Below are positions 1-13,449 of a DNA stretch of 64,000 bases, one piece after another. This DNA comes from Cenococcum geophilum (lineage: Eukaryota). The notes beneath the pieces are model-generated. The model searched no databases, was not told the origin of the DNA, and worked only from the letters and a program-made list of their open reading frames with translations. Position 1 is the stretch's first letter. Each line of letters opens with the position of its first letter. Location: the NCBI GenBank assembly GCA_050273025.1, contig CP158636.1:992001-1056000 (forward strand), written 5' to 3'. A program made the position numbers and the translations under genes.

Positions 1-104
1 GGCCAACGGCACGTTGTAGAACTGGACAAGGCGAATCGAACGCAGCAAAAAGCATCTAATTTGGCCTAGCAGTTGTTGCAGGATTCGGGGTTCCGACGGC
101 CCTG

Positions 105-280
105 CGTGAGCTCTACATCCGAAGGCCCCGCACGAAAGCTCTACACGAAGGCTCTGCGTACGGAGGCTCTACGTATAAAGGCTTTGCATATAGAGCCTCT
201 CTGCGTAAAGCCTTTGTATGCAGAGCCTCCGTACGCAGAGTCCTTGTGTAGAGCCTTTGGATGCAGAGCCTTCGTGCAAG
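105..280. repeat. Fold-back (long imperfect inverted repeat) built from ~14-15 bp tandem units
   Basis: Left arm GGCTCTGCGTACGGAGGCTCT (150-170) is the reverse complement of AGAGCCTCCGTACGCAGAGTC (222-242) with one mismatch. Pairing extends outward to ~130/277 and inward to a tiny loop near 195. Each arm consists of repeated (A/G)GCTCT-N8/9 units. Confidence 0.8.
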
Positions 281-742
281 CGACGCGACAACGAGATCGA
301 ATTTAGGAAATTGGACGACGCAGTCTTGTAAATCACAGTCAATTTAGTTATTCTGGCCATTACGAAGAGCTTCAAGTGTTGTGGTGGTTGATAGATTTGG
401 GAACAGAAAGGTGTATTTTGGCCCTTCTGGCTCGTTTCTTCCTACCAAAAATCCGAAGCGCATACCAGACCTTCTGGCCGAAAATAGCTTAGTGCGTAGT
501 TGAACCTCGGAGGAAGGTCTGTCCGGGATAATCGTTAGCGCGGCATATTCGAGTCTATAATCTCGAATTCTCTTCGTACGGATCGTCTTGTCTCCTTCCG
601 ATAATCCCGAATACTATGTGTCTTTGATCTAAAACCGGGTGGCGTATATCTTTGTGCTAGAGCATAACTAGTCCTGCTTCCGTCCCGCTGGAAGGAGAAG
701 CAGGTAAATCGCTTGATGCATGTGGTGTCTCCCATACTCTTT

Positions 743-3700
743 CTAAGTCCCGATCTCGTGGATCGGGGAGCCTTGCGGCATTGGTTCCGCAGTGCGATTG
801 TAACTGAACCTAAACACCGCGGTCCGACACTCATTGCAGGTCAAATCCGGTGCTAGCTTCCCAGCGATGCGGCAGTTGTCACACCTCAGCGCCTGGATCC
901 GTCCGAGATCTTCTACATCTGCGAAGTCGCCAGCAGTCTGCGATGGTGGAGGTGGAGGAGGACGAGAAGGTGGCATAGGGGATATAGTGGACTCAGAGTA
1001 TGGCGAATCCGACGTCGAGAGGTTGGAGATATCTGAGAGGAGTCGTGATGCCAGGGCCGACGAATCTCGTGTATTCGGAATTGGTGGCCATGTGGTGTAA
1101 GACGTGTAGGGAAAAGGCACAGGTTTATCTTCTGAACGACCTGTTTCGGGGTTTGGAGCCAGGTGATACAATCCTTCCGGTGGACTCTGAGTCAAAGCTG
1201 ACGCAATCGCAGCGATGGATGCCACAGAATTCGGCTCATAAGGCATTGAATGCGGAGGCCCGGGCGGTGGGATCGAGTATGTTTCCTCCTGGTCGTCGTC
1301 CTTTTCGGCTAGCTCATGCTGTTGTAATGTGGCATAGGTAGTTTGGGGAGCAGCCGCATCCTGCGCTGAACTTTCTTGGTGTTCGGCTGTTTGCATGAGC
1401 TTGAGGACTCGCGCTTTGCGCTCTTCGGTGATGTTCATGTTGGGTGCAAACCCGACTCGAGTCGCCGACATACTGAAACCCCAGCTCCCCTGGGATAGCC
1501 CGCTTACGGAGGCTCCACCGCCCAAGAGAGTCTCCACCACATCTGGCCAACCAAAATATGCCGCATATCGAAGAGGTTGCCAACCCTGTTCGTCCTTTTG
1601 CCTGATTGACGCGCCGCGAGTAATAAGTTCGCGAACCACTGAGAGCTGTCCGTACTTGGCGGCTAGACAGAGAGGCGAATCCTCGTGATATTGGCCTTGG
1701 AAAAATTTCAAGCGCATTGCTGCACCACGGTCTAGTAATAACTGAACAAGGTCCGCGTTCCCGTTGGCGCTGGCGAGACACAGCGGACGTTCGCTAGCGG
1801 CATCGCGAGCATCGATAGATGCACCTCGATCTAGGAGGAGATCGATGACTTCACGGAACCCATTGCTGGTCGCAATGTGTATAGGTCTTCTCCCTAGGCT
1901 AGTTGCCGCTGCCTCCAACTCGGCGTTACCGCTTAGCAATAGCTGCACAAGGTCCACATCACCAGCCTCGCAAGCATAATGCAACGGTCTCATCGAGTTG
2001 GCACATTGGGCTTCAACAAACCCGCCACGTCGCATCAGAAGCTCGGCTGTTGAGAAGTTTCTTGAGAGGACCGCAACGTGAAGTGGCGTTCTTCCGTCTT
2101 TCGTGCGAGCATCAATTGGGACTCGCTTCTGAAGGAGGAGGTTGACAATCTCGTCGTGCCCATTGTAACTAGCCCAGTGCAACGCCGTCATATCTCCATC
2201 TCCTTTGTGCTTCAAGGACGCCTTCTTCTTAATCAGAAGCTTGACAACGTCCATGGATCCAGGAGATCCCGATGAGCAAGCGCACATGAGTGCTGTCTTG
2301 GATTCTTTCCCGCAACTCTCAATGCTTGCCTTGTTTTTCAGCAGGATGTCCACGGTGCCAGCATGCCCATTCTCAGCAGCATAATGAAGCGCGCTCATAA
2401 AGTCACGGTCCTTGGCTTCGACATCCGCACCGTTTGCGAGAAGGAGATTGACCATGGGTTCATCTCCCTGCTTGGCAGCCGCGTGAAGCGCAGTAAGTTG
2501 TTTTCCATCTCTTATATTGACCCTCGCGCGGTGCTGAAGTAACAGCTCGGTTACGTCGTCGTATCCGTTCTCAGAAGCGAGACGAAGCGGTGTTTTCTTC
2601 GCAGGTCCAGGGGAATCTACGTCCACGCCTTCTCCTAGTAAGTGTTCGACAACCTCGTTGTGTCCTCGCGCCGCAGCAAGATGCAGCGGAGCCATCCCGG
2701 TCACGTCGACGACGTCCGTTCTTGCGCCATGAGCGATGAGTAGCTTGACGATATAATCATGGCCACAGTGGGAAGCTACAGCGAGTGCAGTGCGGCCAGT
2801 CGGAGCATGCACCTCTTCAATCTTTGCGCCTTGGTCAAGCAGACTCTCAATTTCCATACTGGAGCCTTCTTGAGCTGCCCGAACAATGGGAGGAGCAGCA
2901 AACCCACCTTGTGAAGAGAGGTCAATGCTTCGCTTCAGGTCATTTTCTGAGCGTCGTCTGCCGCGACGCCCGACTGGTGTTGACGGCGTGCTAGGAGGGG
3001 GTTTCTGTCCTGAAAATGAAAGACTGGGTCGGCTGCGTCGCTTGAAGAGGTCGGGCATCCAATTTTTCATTTCTGAAGGCTTTGCTCGGAGCAGGGGTTG
3101 AACATTCCGTCCATTCGGACTGAATCCGCTAGAAGAGATTGACATTTCGTACGGCTGTGGTCTCTGCCATTGCTCTAATTGTTCAATGTTCGGTGACAGC
3201 TTGTCTCTCGGAGCGGTAGCCTCATCCAACGTCAGCACTGGCACGAGCTGTCTCGCCTGGCTTCGCCCTCCTTGTCTAGAACCATTCGGGGCTGCGTCCC
3301 AGCGTGCTTGAGCCCCCGCTATTTGGTCCTCGCGCTTTCCGATGGCTTCAGCACCATTGTTTCGATAAGGTCCCGAGTTTATAATCTCGCGATCAAATGG
3401 GAACACTGTGCTTCCCACCGTTGAATTTGTCCGAGTAATTATCGACTCCGGGCCGGCATTGGTTGATTGTGCAATTGTCCGGAGGGAAGAGGTGTCGTCT
3501 CGGATTCTCTCGATGATTTGGCGATTTTTAGGTTCCCGCAACAATGCAGCTTGACCTGGGAGAGACGGACTAGAAAGGTGTTAGACCAAGAGACCAACAT
3601 GTCGGAGACGGATATACACATACACCTGGACCGCCTGTATCAAAAGCTGTAGCGCACTAACCTGGGCATGGAGTCGCTGTTGATGGATCCTCATATTGGC

Positions 3701-4054
3701 CTCATTCAATAAAGTTCTCGCACGAGTGGAGAAGTCTGACCGGTCATTTGCCAGGCTCTCAACCTCGGCGGCCAGCATGTTCATAGCAAGGCCGCAGCCA
3801 TCCAAGGAGACTTCGAACACGGAGCGAAGATCCTCCTGGATGGGACTGGTGGGCGTAAAAGTATACTTCGCCCAGCCGTCAATCCGTACCAGAGCTGCTT
3901 GAATTGTAAGGAGCTCTGTGATAAGTAGTCCAATTGTAGTATCGGCCTCCTGGAATCTCTCCCGAAGCTCGGACAGCTTCTGGACAGTCTTCAAGATCGC
4001 AGCGATAATGCCGGCACCCGCTCCCACGGCACCGAGGAATGAAACGGGGTCCAT
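743..4054 (-). CDS. Ankyrin-repeat protein with N-terminal HeLo-like/SesA-type (fungal STAND N-terminal) domain, ~1085 aa; exons 4054-3624, 3569-743
   Basis: ORF 4054 starts MDPVSFLGAVGAGAGIIAAILKTVQKL...LLITELLTIQAAL, typical of fungal STAND N-terminal domains. A 54-nt intron GTATGT...CTAAC...TAG (3623-3570) joins it in frame to the 933-aa ORF, which has 14 ankyrin repeats (e.g. MAPLHLAAARG, RTPLHVAVLSR) and a C-terminal CDNC-x11-CNEC. Confidence 0.88.
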
Positions 4055-4436
4055 CTGTATATGTATGTGCTTACTCTAGGTCCCCGAATCGAATTGCGGC
4101 CACTTTGCCTTGTGGATTACTCGTTCAGGAGGTTGTGATTGCTCAACGACTGGGACAGCGGCGAATTGGCTTGCTCGCGGAAAAGGCGCCAGGCGATAGG
4201 AACAATAAGTAATTGAAGCATTGATAGGACAATCAGCGCCGAAAGCTTCCGTAGGAAAGAAACTAGAGTTTGAATGTGGACGAGGCTCTCAAGGAGTCAG
4301 GGCACGCGGGTGTCAGCCGGGTGCGGCTGAGCTTTGGGCACGTGGAGGCCGGGGCCTAAGGCCTTCGCTACTTTTGCGTCAAGGAGGCTGTGCGATCTAG
4401 GCGCGCCATTAGGATTGCTTTTTGCTGCAGGCACCT

Positions 4437-4820
4437 TCCTGCGGAGACCCGCCCGTCATGATAGACGCGACGTGCACGACTCCCGCGGCGCCTAAACCAG
4501 CCAACGCAGGTCCTGCCAGCATACCGACCTCACTCCTAGTCAACTGCCGTACCCAGCAGCGCGCGAGAAGCTCACCGTTGACGGCGTTGTCATAGCACCC
4601 TTCCTTTGACATTGTCGGGCACGGCCACCAGCTCGAATTGGTCGTCTGGGTGCCGCGACTTGAAGAACTCGCTCATCCACTCTGCTTTGGCTACATCTCT
4701 TACTGTGCCGCGGACGTGGTAGCCGTGGGCGAGAAGCTGGTCCGCGATGTGGCTGCCGATGAACCCATTCACGCCTGTCACAAGGACTAAGGAGCCAGGT
4801 TTCAACGCGGGCTCAGCCAT
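4437..4820 (-). pseudogene. Truncated, frameshifted NAD(P)-dependent epimerase/aldehyde reductase II-like gene
   Basis: Rossmann motif VLVTGVNGFIGSHIADQLL and GYHVRGTVRD. A +1 A at ~4613 (VPD-A-MSKEG) breaks the frame. Intron GTGAGC...TTTAG (4575-4492) is followed by GAAGVVHVASIM. No YxxxK region or C-terminal half is visible before the next gene. Confidence 0.75.
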
Positions 4821-5735
4821 TGTTTTTGAGATAGAAAAGGGGTGAGGGTAGGAAGTGTAGAAATTTTACGAAAACAAGGAATGGAGTAAGACAAAAGGGG
4901 TGGCAGAAAATAGGAGAGAATTGAGGAAGAGAGCAGAGAATTGAGAAGGGAAAAGGGGAGAAGAGCGAGCAGAATTCTTTGGACTCTGCCTCATTAAATA
5001 GTCTGTGTTCATTTTCAAGCGCGTGCAGAGCAATCTTTGTCCTTGGAGCCGGATGACTGATAGGCTGGCGTATGCAGGGACACATCATTGCGAGGTTGGC
5101 TAACCAAAATAGGAAAACAAGAGCTGAACGGAGAGAGGATGAGATGGAAAGCCACATCTTCAATGCAGACGCTCTACCCTTCTGGGGGTCGCGGTCTTCC
5201 TTGCCACCTGCTAATCTCCTTAGGATTTAGTAAATCAGTAAGCAAGACGAATATCCCTTTTATGATTTGTGGTGGAAACTAGAGTATTCTGTGGAAAAGA
5301 AAAATCACGCGGTACTGTGCTCATGAGCATCGTTCATATACGAACGAGAATGTGCGCTAATTCCTGTATAGTTCAATGTTCATCTTAGCTAAATCACAGA
5401 GTTTAGAGACATCTCATAGAACTGAATATAGAGTGGAAAATGGGTCTGCTGAAGATCACCTAATGAATAATGAACAACTCTACCTCTTTTGTGAATGCTG
5501 CTTCTTGCTAGCAGATAAGTGAAAGAAGAATTTACAATAGCACCACAAGGCACTGTCAATGTATCTTCAAGAAAGCCAGCCAAGGAGCGGCACTTTTATA
5601 GAATGTTCACTATGAAACCATGTATCACGTCATTCTCCGTAAGCCTTTCCACCTGCTCATTATCCATCATGCGCCTTCCGCGCTGAACAAATACGCTCGT
5701 ACATCATCATATCTATTCAACCCTCTATATCCCGA

Positions 5736-7703
<1,968 letters not shown>

Positions 7704-8374
7704 GGTGAAATCTGGCAGATTTTGGGCAGTAAGATTAAAGGAGGGGAAAAATTGAAGCTCTTGGTGAGAGAATTGGATGAGCTGAGAGCGGGCAGAGTGG
7801 GGGTTTTACTTGTAAACATGACGCACGACCGCCACAAGCGAGCCAATGAAGAGCCCTCCAGCACGCACAAGCCCAGCCACACGCATTCAGCGCGACCGAG
7901 AACGCCGCGAACCATCGATGCACATGCAGAACACGCATAGTTTGCAGCCAGAGCATGCAGACTCTTGATACAGTAAGACATCTCACCGCCGGTCGACTGC
8001 AGCGATATCACAGCGATACCACGGAGACGCCATAGCTCAACAGCCCTTCGCGCACGCGGCTAATCGTTTCTGGTTCGTTGTTGAATTCGTATTATTCTTG
8101 GATTATCAGTGCCTCTGACGGGCGGGGTGTCCATGGTCAGTAGGCCGAAGTGGCTGAGTCGAATTGAGTAGCGCTTCAGCCTCTGCGAGGCCTTTCTCCA
8201 ACACATGCCCACTATCTCAACCGTTGCTCCACACTGTATCGAGACTGCAGGCATCTGTTCGAGGCCTCCGGAGCCCACTTCCTCCTTTTGAATAGAATTA
8301 TAAGCCTCGCGCTCTTGAATCTATTTGAATTTTCCTTATGAAGAGAACACTTGTTTTAACTTCTGCCCATCAAT

Positions 8375-10208
8375 ATGGGTATTCCGCGTCTCATCGCCCA
8401 TCTCGAGCCCTTTGCCTCTTCGGTGCAATTTAGTTTGAATGCCTCGGGGATTCAAAGCACGGTTGCTATCGACGGACCAGGACTGGCATTTCACATATAC
8501 AATCAAGGCCAAGGCCGAAGCTCCGAGCTTCGTACATCTCCATACAGCGAGCTTGGTCAGGCCACTATTCTTTGGCTCCGTCAACTGCAGGTCCATGGCC
8601 TACGAGTGTGAGTTGGAACCACCAATCCATGTATCTCGGACTGACCAAGTGAGCAGTGCTGCGATATTCTTTGATGGCTTTCTCCCTGCCTCGAAAATTC
8701 CAGAGCGCCTTTCAAGACTGCAAAGCGCCGTGCATAAGTTAACAAAATTCAGAGCCACCTACAGTGGACCGAAACGCGTACATGCTGGTGTGGATTATTC
8801 CTTGTCGCATCAACCGTTACCGGCTCGTTTAGGTCCTATGAATAGCCCCTTCCTCGTGGCGGCTGTCATCGAGGCTCTTTTCGTTAGCGAGTTTTCCCGC
8901 TTGACAGCCGTCATACCTGGAGAAGCCGATTCATGGTGTGCGGAGTATGCAAAGACGACTGGAAGCATTGTTCTCACTGGTGATTCAGATTTGCTGATTC
9001 ATGACCTTGGGTCCCACGGTTCCGTTGCATTTTTCAAGCACATTCAGACTTCCATTGAACCGATTGGGACGGTGCTCAGGAGCTTGCAGTACCATCCAAT
9101 CGAGATAGCAAACCGACTTGGACTGAGTAGTTTGCTACCTCTTGCGTATACTATTCTTCAAGATCACACCCGAAGCCTCGATGAATGCATCCAGGTAGCT
9201 CGTGAGTGCGCAACAGATACACCGGAGTTCGAGCAGTTCATTGAGGGGTACTCGCATCACCAAGCTCAGCAAGTTTTCGCGGTAGATCTTGATAAGCCTC
9301 GACAAAATGTACTACAATACAACCTACGAAGGATCGACCCTCGTGTTTCAGAATTTGTTCATCAGGCACTTCCATCATGTTTTATAACTCCAGGGGGCCT
9401 CCAACCTACCACAATATACATTTATTTGCCATTCTTAATCGATGATCCAGCTCGAGCATCATCCTGGAGCTTTGGAAATTCCATACGTTGTTTAGGCTAC
9501 TCAATCATTACTCCCGCCCATTCGCCAACTTTTTGGATGAAAGAGATAGGGCGAAGAGGGCAACGGATTGCGGAGACAAATCATGCGCTCTACCCAACAG
9601 AAACGACCATCGCAGAATGCGGTCGTCTTACATTGATCATGCGTCAATGGGCAAGCACATTCCAAGAACTATCAATAACACAGACGTGGAGACTATTCGG
9701 AATATATCTAATATTTAGGGAGCTTTTCGGCCATGACTCTGCTATGATACCTAGTGAATATATCAAGCAACTGGTCAATTGCCAAATTTCAGCAATGAAC
9801 TGGGCATTTATTCATTTCTCGGCTCAACTCCAGGCAGTTCTCTACTCACTCAGGATGCTTCAACAGTTCACCAATGTTTTTGTTACAGCATTTCCAGAAC
9901 GTTTTAGAGGTGGAGATTTCATTAACGCGGTTACAGGATTGCATCAACATCTAAGTAATCTCCCACTATTGCACGAGCTTTTTCCGAAAGAGGATCAAAA
10001 TTTTCAGCAAGTCAACGACGAGGCCAAGTTGACTGCCGCTATTACGAAAATGTACGGTTTACTTGGTATCGGCGAGACGGCAATCTCTCAACCGGATCAG
10101 AAGGTGAAGAAAAAAGGGAAGTCGAAAGGTGAAAAGCACGACCAGAGAAATGGAGCATTGTCTCCCGAGAAGCCGTTAAACATGTACAGCGTGCTCAGCG
10201 AAAACTAA
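8375..10208 (+). CDS. Asteroid/XPG-like PIN-domain protein, ~594 aa; exons 8375-8607, 8657-10208
   Basis: MGIPRL start, AIDGPGLAFHIY, IFFDG, PGEADSWCA and VLTGDSDL are XPG/Asteroid motifs. Intron GTGAGT...CTGAC...CAG (8608-8656) keeps the frame. Confidence 0.88.
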
Positions 10209-10378
10209 CCATCTGAAACCGCTCAAATTTAGATTAAAAAAAAAAAGAAGCATTATCCCATGTTTGCCGAACCCATTTACCTCCATGCCGTGAGCCAGCA
10301 GAAACCGTGATCACTGAATCCTCCCCCCATTTTTCCACTACGGCAAAGAGAGAACCCCCCCCCCCAGAATGCCCAATC

Positions 10379-11074
10379 TTACATGTTTTCTCTAAACATA
10401 CTCCTCCGCTCCGATGGACTGTTCTCATTGCTCTCCACGCCCGCCTTGCTCTGATGCTCCCGCTGCTGCTGCTGCTCCACGAGCCGCGGACTCACTCCCC
10501 TCAAACTACTCGCCGCATCGTCCCCAAACGGATTATTCCCTCCATACCCCACCTCCTCATCATAGCGATCAGCCAGATCGCGCGTCCGGCTCCTGCCGCG
10601 CTCCGGCGCGGGAGCGAAGCCCGGCGACGGCGCGCCGTACCCGCCGCCGCCGTACGCCGTCGATGGGGCATGCAGGCCGAGCTCCTGCTCCTCATAATAC
10701 GCCTCGTTATCGACTCCGGCATCCCAGGGCTCGTCGGGGTCGAGCGGGCCGCGGGCGCTGCGGCCGCCGCTGCGGCCGCCGGCCGAGTACGGCTCCTCGT
10801 ACGCTCCCGTTGCGTGGCGCCGGTTCTTGAAGGCGCGGACCTTGTCGTTGATCCAGCCGGCCACGCCGCCGGGCGCCGGCGCTGGGTACGGCGGCGCGGC
10901 GCTGCTGCGGCTGCTGGAGAATGGGTTGAGCGGTGGGGCGGGGAGGCCCAGACGGCGGGCCCGCAGGCGCGAGTAGAGGACCCAGCCGCCAAAGGCGAGG
11001 ATGGCGAGGAGGATCACGACGATTAAGAAGATCCAGCCGCCGCCGAGGCCGTGAGAGTCACGCCGTGTCAGCAT
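10379..11074 (-). CDS. Fungal single-pass membrane protein with disordered C-terminal tail, 231 aa
   Basis: N-terminal hydrophobic helix (GWIFLIVVILLAILAFGGWVLY), then basic SRLRARR and a Pro/Gly-rich tail with LDPDEPWD, NPF and terminal RRSMFRENM. High GC3. Confidence 0.8.
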   Translation of the reverse strand: MLTRRDSHGLGGGWIFLIVVILLAILAFGGWVLYSRLRARRLGLPAPPLNPFSSSRSSAAPPYPAPAPGGVAGWINDKVRAFKNRRHATGAYEEPYSAGGRSGGRSARGPLDPDEPWDAGVDNEAYYEEQELGLHAPSTAYGGGGYGAPSPGFAPAPERGRSRTRDLADRYDEEVGYGGNNPFGDDAASSLRGVSPRLVEQQQQREHQSKAGVESNENSPSERRSMFRENM

Positions 11075-11701
11075 CGTGGGTGGTGTGAGTGGTGGTGGGA
11101 GGAGGGAGAGGTAGTGCGCATGCGGAAGTCGGTGGGTTCGATGTATCTGCAGTGTGGTGTTGCTGGAGGTTTTAGAATTCGGAGGATGGGTGGCAGGGAT
11201 GGGGTTTTTGGGAAGCGGAGTGGGTGTAAGCAGAGGCTGTACAGCTGAGGTGATGGTGTTGAATCTTGCTCGTATAGTTGGCCGGCAGCAACGGCTGGAG
11301 CTTGGACGGCAGAAGCCTGACGTCGCAGGGCTGATGAGTCCCGGTTATGCTGGGGATGGAGGGGGGAAAGCTAGAGAGATGCCAAGTTTGGGCTGATGCC
11401 TTTTATTATGACATCGACCGCTCGAACACGGGGTTTCAGGATATATCATCGTCTTACACGCTAGCAGTAGGCATTTTCAATATCTTTAATCATTTCTTGG
11501 GCATGAATTAGGAGCTTGTCGAGAGATTTCAAATGACTCTCTGCTCGCTGTTGGAATTTTTGGCACACAGTGTAGCCGACTCCACCTCAGCCAAGCCTCT
11601 TTTGAGCGACTTGCATACCCATGCTAGCAACCGATGCGCCTCTTGATTACTTTTCGCTTTGATTATACCTACTTGAGTCAACTTCAACTACGCTCTTCAA
11701 C

Positions 11702-13153
11702 ATGGGAGCTGAATCTCCTGAAAATACCTTGAGAGAAGCTACTGCTCAAGTTCAAGAAGAAGATGGCAGAACAGGAGTGGGCTTCACCTACGACCAGTCA
11801 GCATCCAGGCTGACATATCGCGATCTAGTCAGCAATGAAATCACGATAAACGGTGCCGACATCATTGGAGCATTTCCGAAGCCACATAAACGCCCAGAAC
11901 ATGATATAGTCTATGCGTTAGACGCGAACGAGCCGGGAAAGCAAGATAAACCTCCTAGGGTATGCTCCATTACTGCTCCCAAGCTGCCCGACGAGTTTCT
12001 TCATGACTACGGCTATGAGTTTGCTAGTGATGATGAGAAGCAAGGACGATTTACAAAAGAGCAACCCCCAAATACCCACGTTATCGTCTCGACACTCTCA
12101 GGAACTTGCCTTGCAAAAGAATTTTATGAGCGAGCCGTGCAACGGATTCTTACTTACCTCGGCCTAAAGGAGGAAGAAGACTATGTACTCCATTATACGC
12201 AATCCGTAAAGACCATCACGGATCTCACGACATCCGTTTTTCTTCCCCGGGCCAATCAGGGAACTCGACAAAACATCATCCTTCTCTCTGGCGACGGTGG
12301 TGTCATCGACATCATCAATGCACTCCTATCAGCTCCAATCGAGCAGGCCTTCAGAGCGCCAGAGCTGTCCATCCTCCCTCTAGGGACCGGGAATGCGCTA
12401 GCGCATTCCACTGGCGTCACCAAAGACAATACATTCGGGTTGGCAACTCTGGTGCGAGGACATCCAAAACAACTGCCAATCTTCAAAGCCACCTTCTCAC
12501 CAGGAGCACGTCTGCTTATCGAGGAAGGCAGCGCAGAAGAAGAGCTCGCCCACGATTCACAAAGTGGCGCCCCGACGCTGTACGGAGGCGTCGTTTGCAG
12601 CTGGGGCATGCACGCTAGCCTTGTTGGTGATAGCGACACCGCCGAATACCGCAAATATGGCGTCGAGCGGTTCAAGATGGCTGCGAAGGAAGCTCTATTC
12701 CCTGCAGATGGATCGCCACCGCATGCTTACAAGGCGAAAGTCTTGATTTTCAAACCGGACGGCTTTGGACAGGAGAAATGGGAGCCCATCCCTCGAGAAG
12801 AGCATATGTATGTCTTGGCGGCGTTGGTTTCGAACCTGGAGAAGAGCTTCACTATCTCGCCGGATTCAAAACCATTAGAGGGGCAGCTGCGGCTTGTGCA
12901 TTTTGGGCCAATGTCTGCGGAGGAGATTATGAGGATCATGGGATTGGTATACCAGGGCGGGCGGCATGTCAACGAGCCGGCGGTTGGGTACGAGGAGATC
13001 GGTGGACTACGAATCGAGTTTGAAGGGAAGGAAGAGGATGCTCGATGGAGACGGGTCTGCGTTGATGGGAAGATTATCAGGGTTGAGAAAGATGGTTGGG
13101 TGGAGTTGAGGAAAGGAAAAAAGCATATACTGGATGTTGTTTGTATGGCTTAA
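11702..13153 (+). CDS. Diacylglycerol kinase catalytic-domain (sphingosine-kinase-like) protein, 483 aa
   Basis: DAGK motifs IVSTLSG, LLSGDGG, ILPLGTGNALA and C-terminal VCVDGK; single uninterrupted ORF. Confidence 0.9.
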   Translation: MGAESPENTLREATAQVQEEDGRTGVGFTYDQSASRLTYRDLVSNEITINGADIIGAFPKPHKRPEHDIVYALDANEPGKQDKPPRVCSITAPKLPDEFLHDYGYEFASDDEKQGRFTKEQPPNTHVIVSTLSGTCLAKEFYERAVQRILTYLGLKEEEDYVLHYTQSVKTITDLTTSVFLPRANQGTRQNIILLSGDGGVIDIINALLSAPIEQAFRAPELSILPLGTGNALAHSTGVTKDNTFGLATLVRGHPKQLPIFKATFSPGARLLIEEGSAEEELAHDSQSGAPTLYGGVVCSWGMHASLVGDSDTAEYRKYGVERFKMAAKEALFPADGSPPHAYKAKVLIFKPDGFGQEKWEPIPREEHMYVLAALVSNLEKSFTISPDSKPLEGQLRLVHFGPMSAEEIMRIMGLVYQGGRHVNEPAVGYEEIGGLRIEFEGKEEDARWRRVCVDGKIIRVEKDGWVELRKGKKHILDVVCMA

Positions 13154-13449
13154 ATGGGACTAGGTATGTTGGCGATGGATCAACGGAACTCATGACTTAG
13201 TCGTTTTCAAAATATCGGCAAAAATCGCCAAGCCGAATGAGCCGCACCGCACCTCAGCAAAATTTTGCAGAGGGGGTATGATTTCAATTTTACCACTCAT
13301 AATACGCTGAGTCTTGGTTATAACTGCCTAAAATTGAAGTCATTAACCTGCCCAATTAAGCCAACTGTATACAATTCTTAGTGTTGCCCTCTATATCCCG
13401 GCAGTCGTCTTTTACTCTAAAACCATCTGAACGAAAGCGAGCTCAGTCT

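Noticed and set aside
73..306. 77-aa ORF with 5-residue periodicity
   Set aside because: By-product of the 15-bp repeat hairpin; non-ATG start and no gene structure.
10307..11026. 239-aa plus-strand ORF and other overlapping ORFs
   Set aside because: Antisense or alternative-frame shadows of the GC-rich membrane-protein gene; no recognisable motifs.
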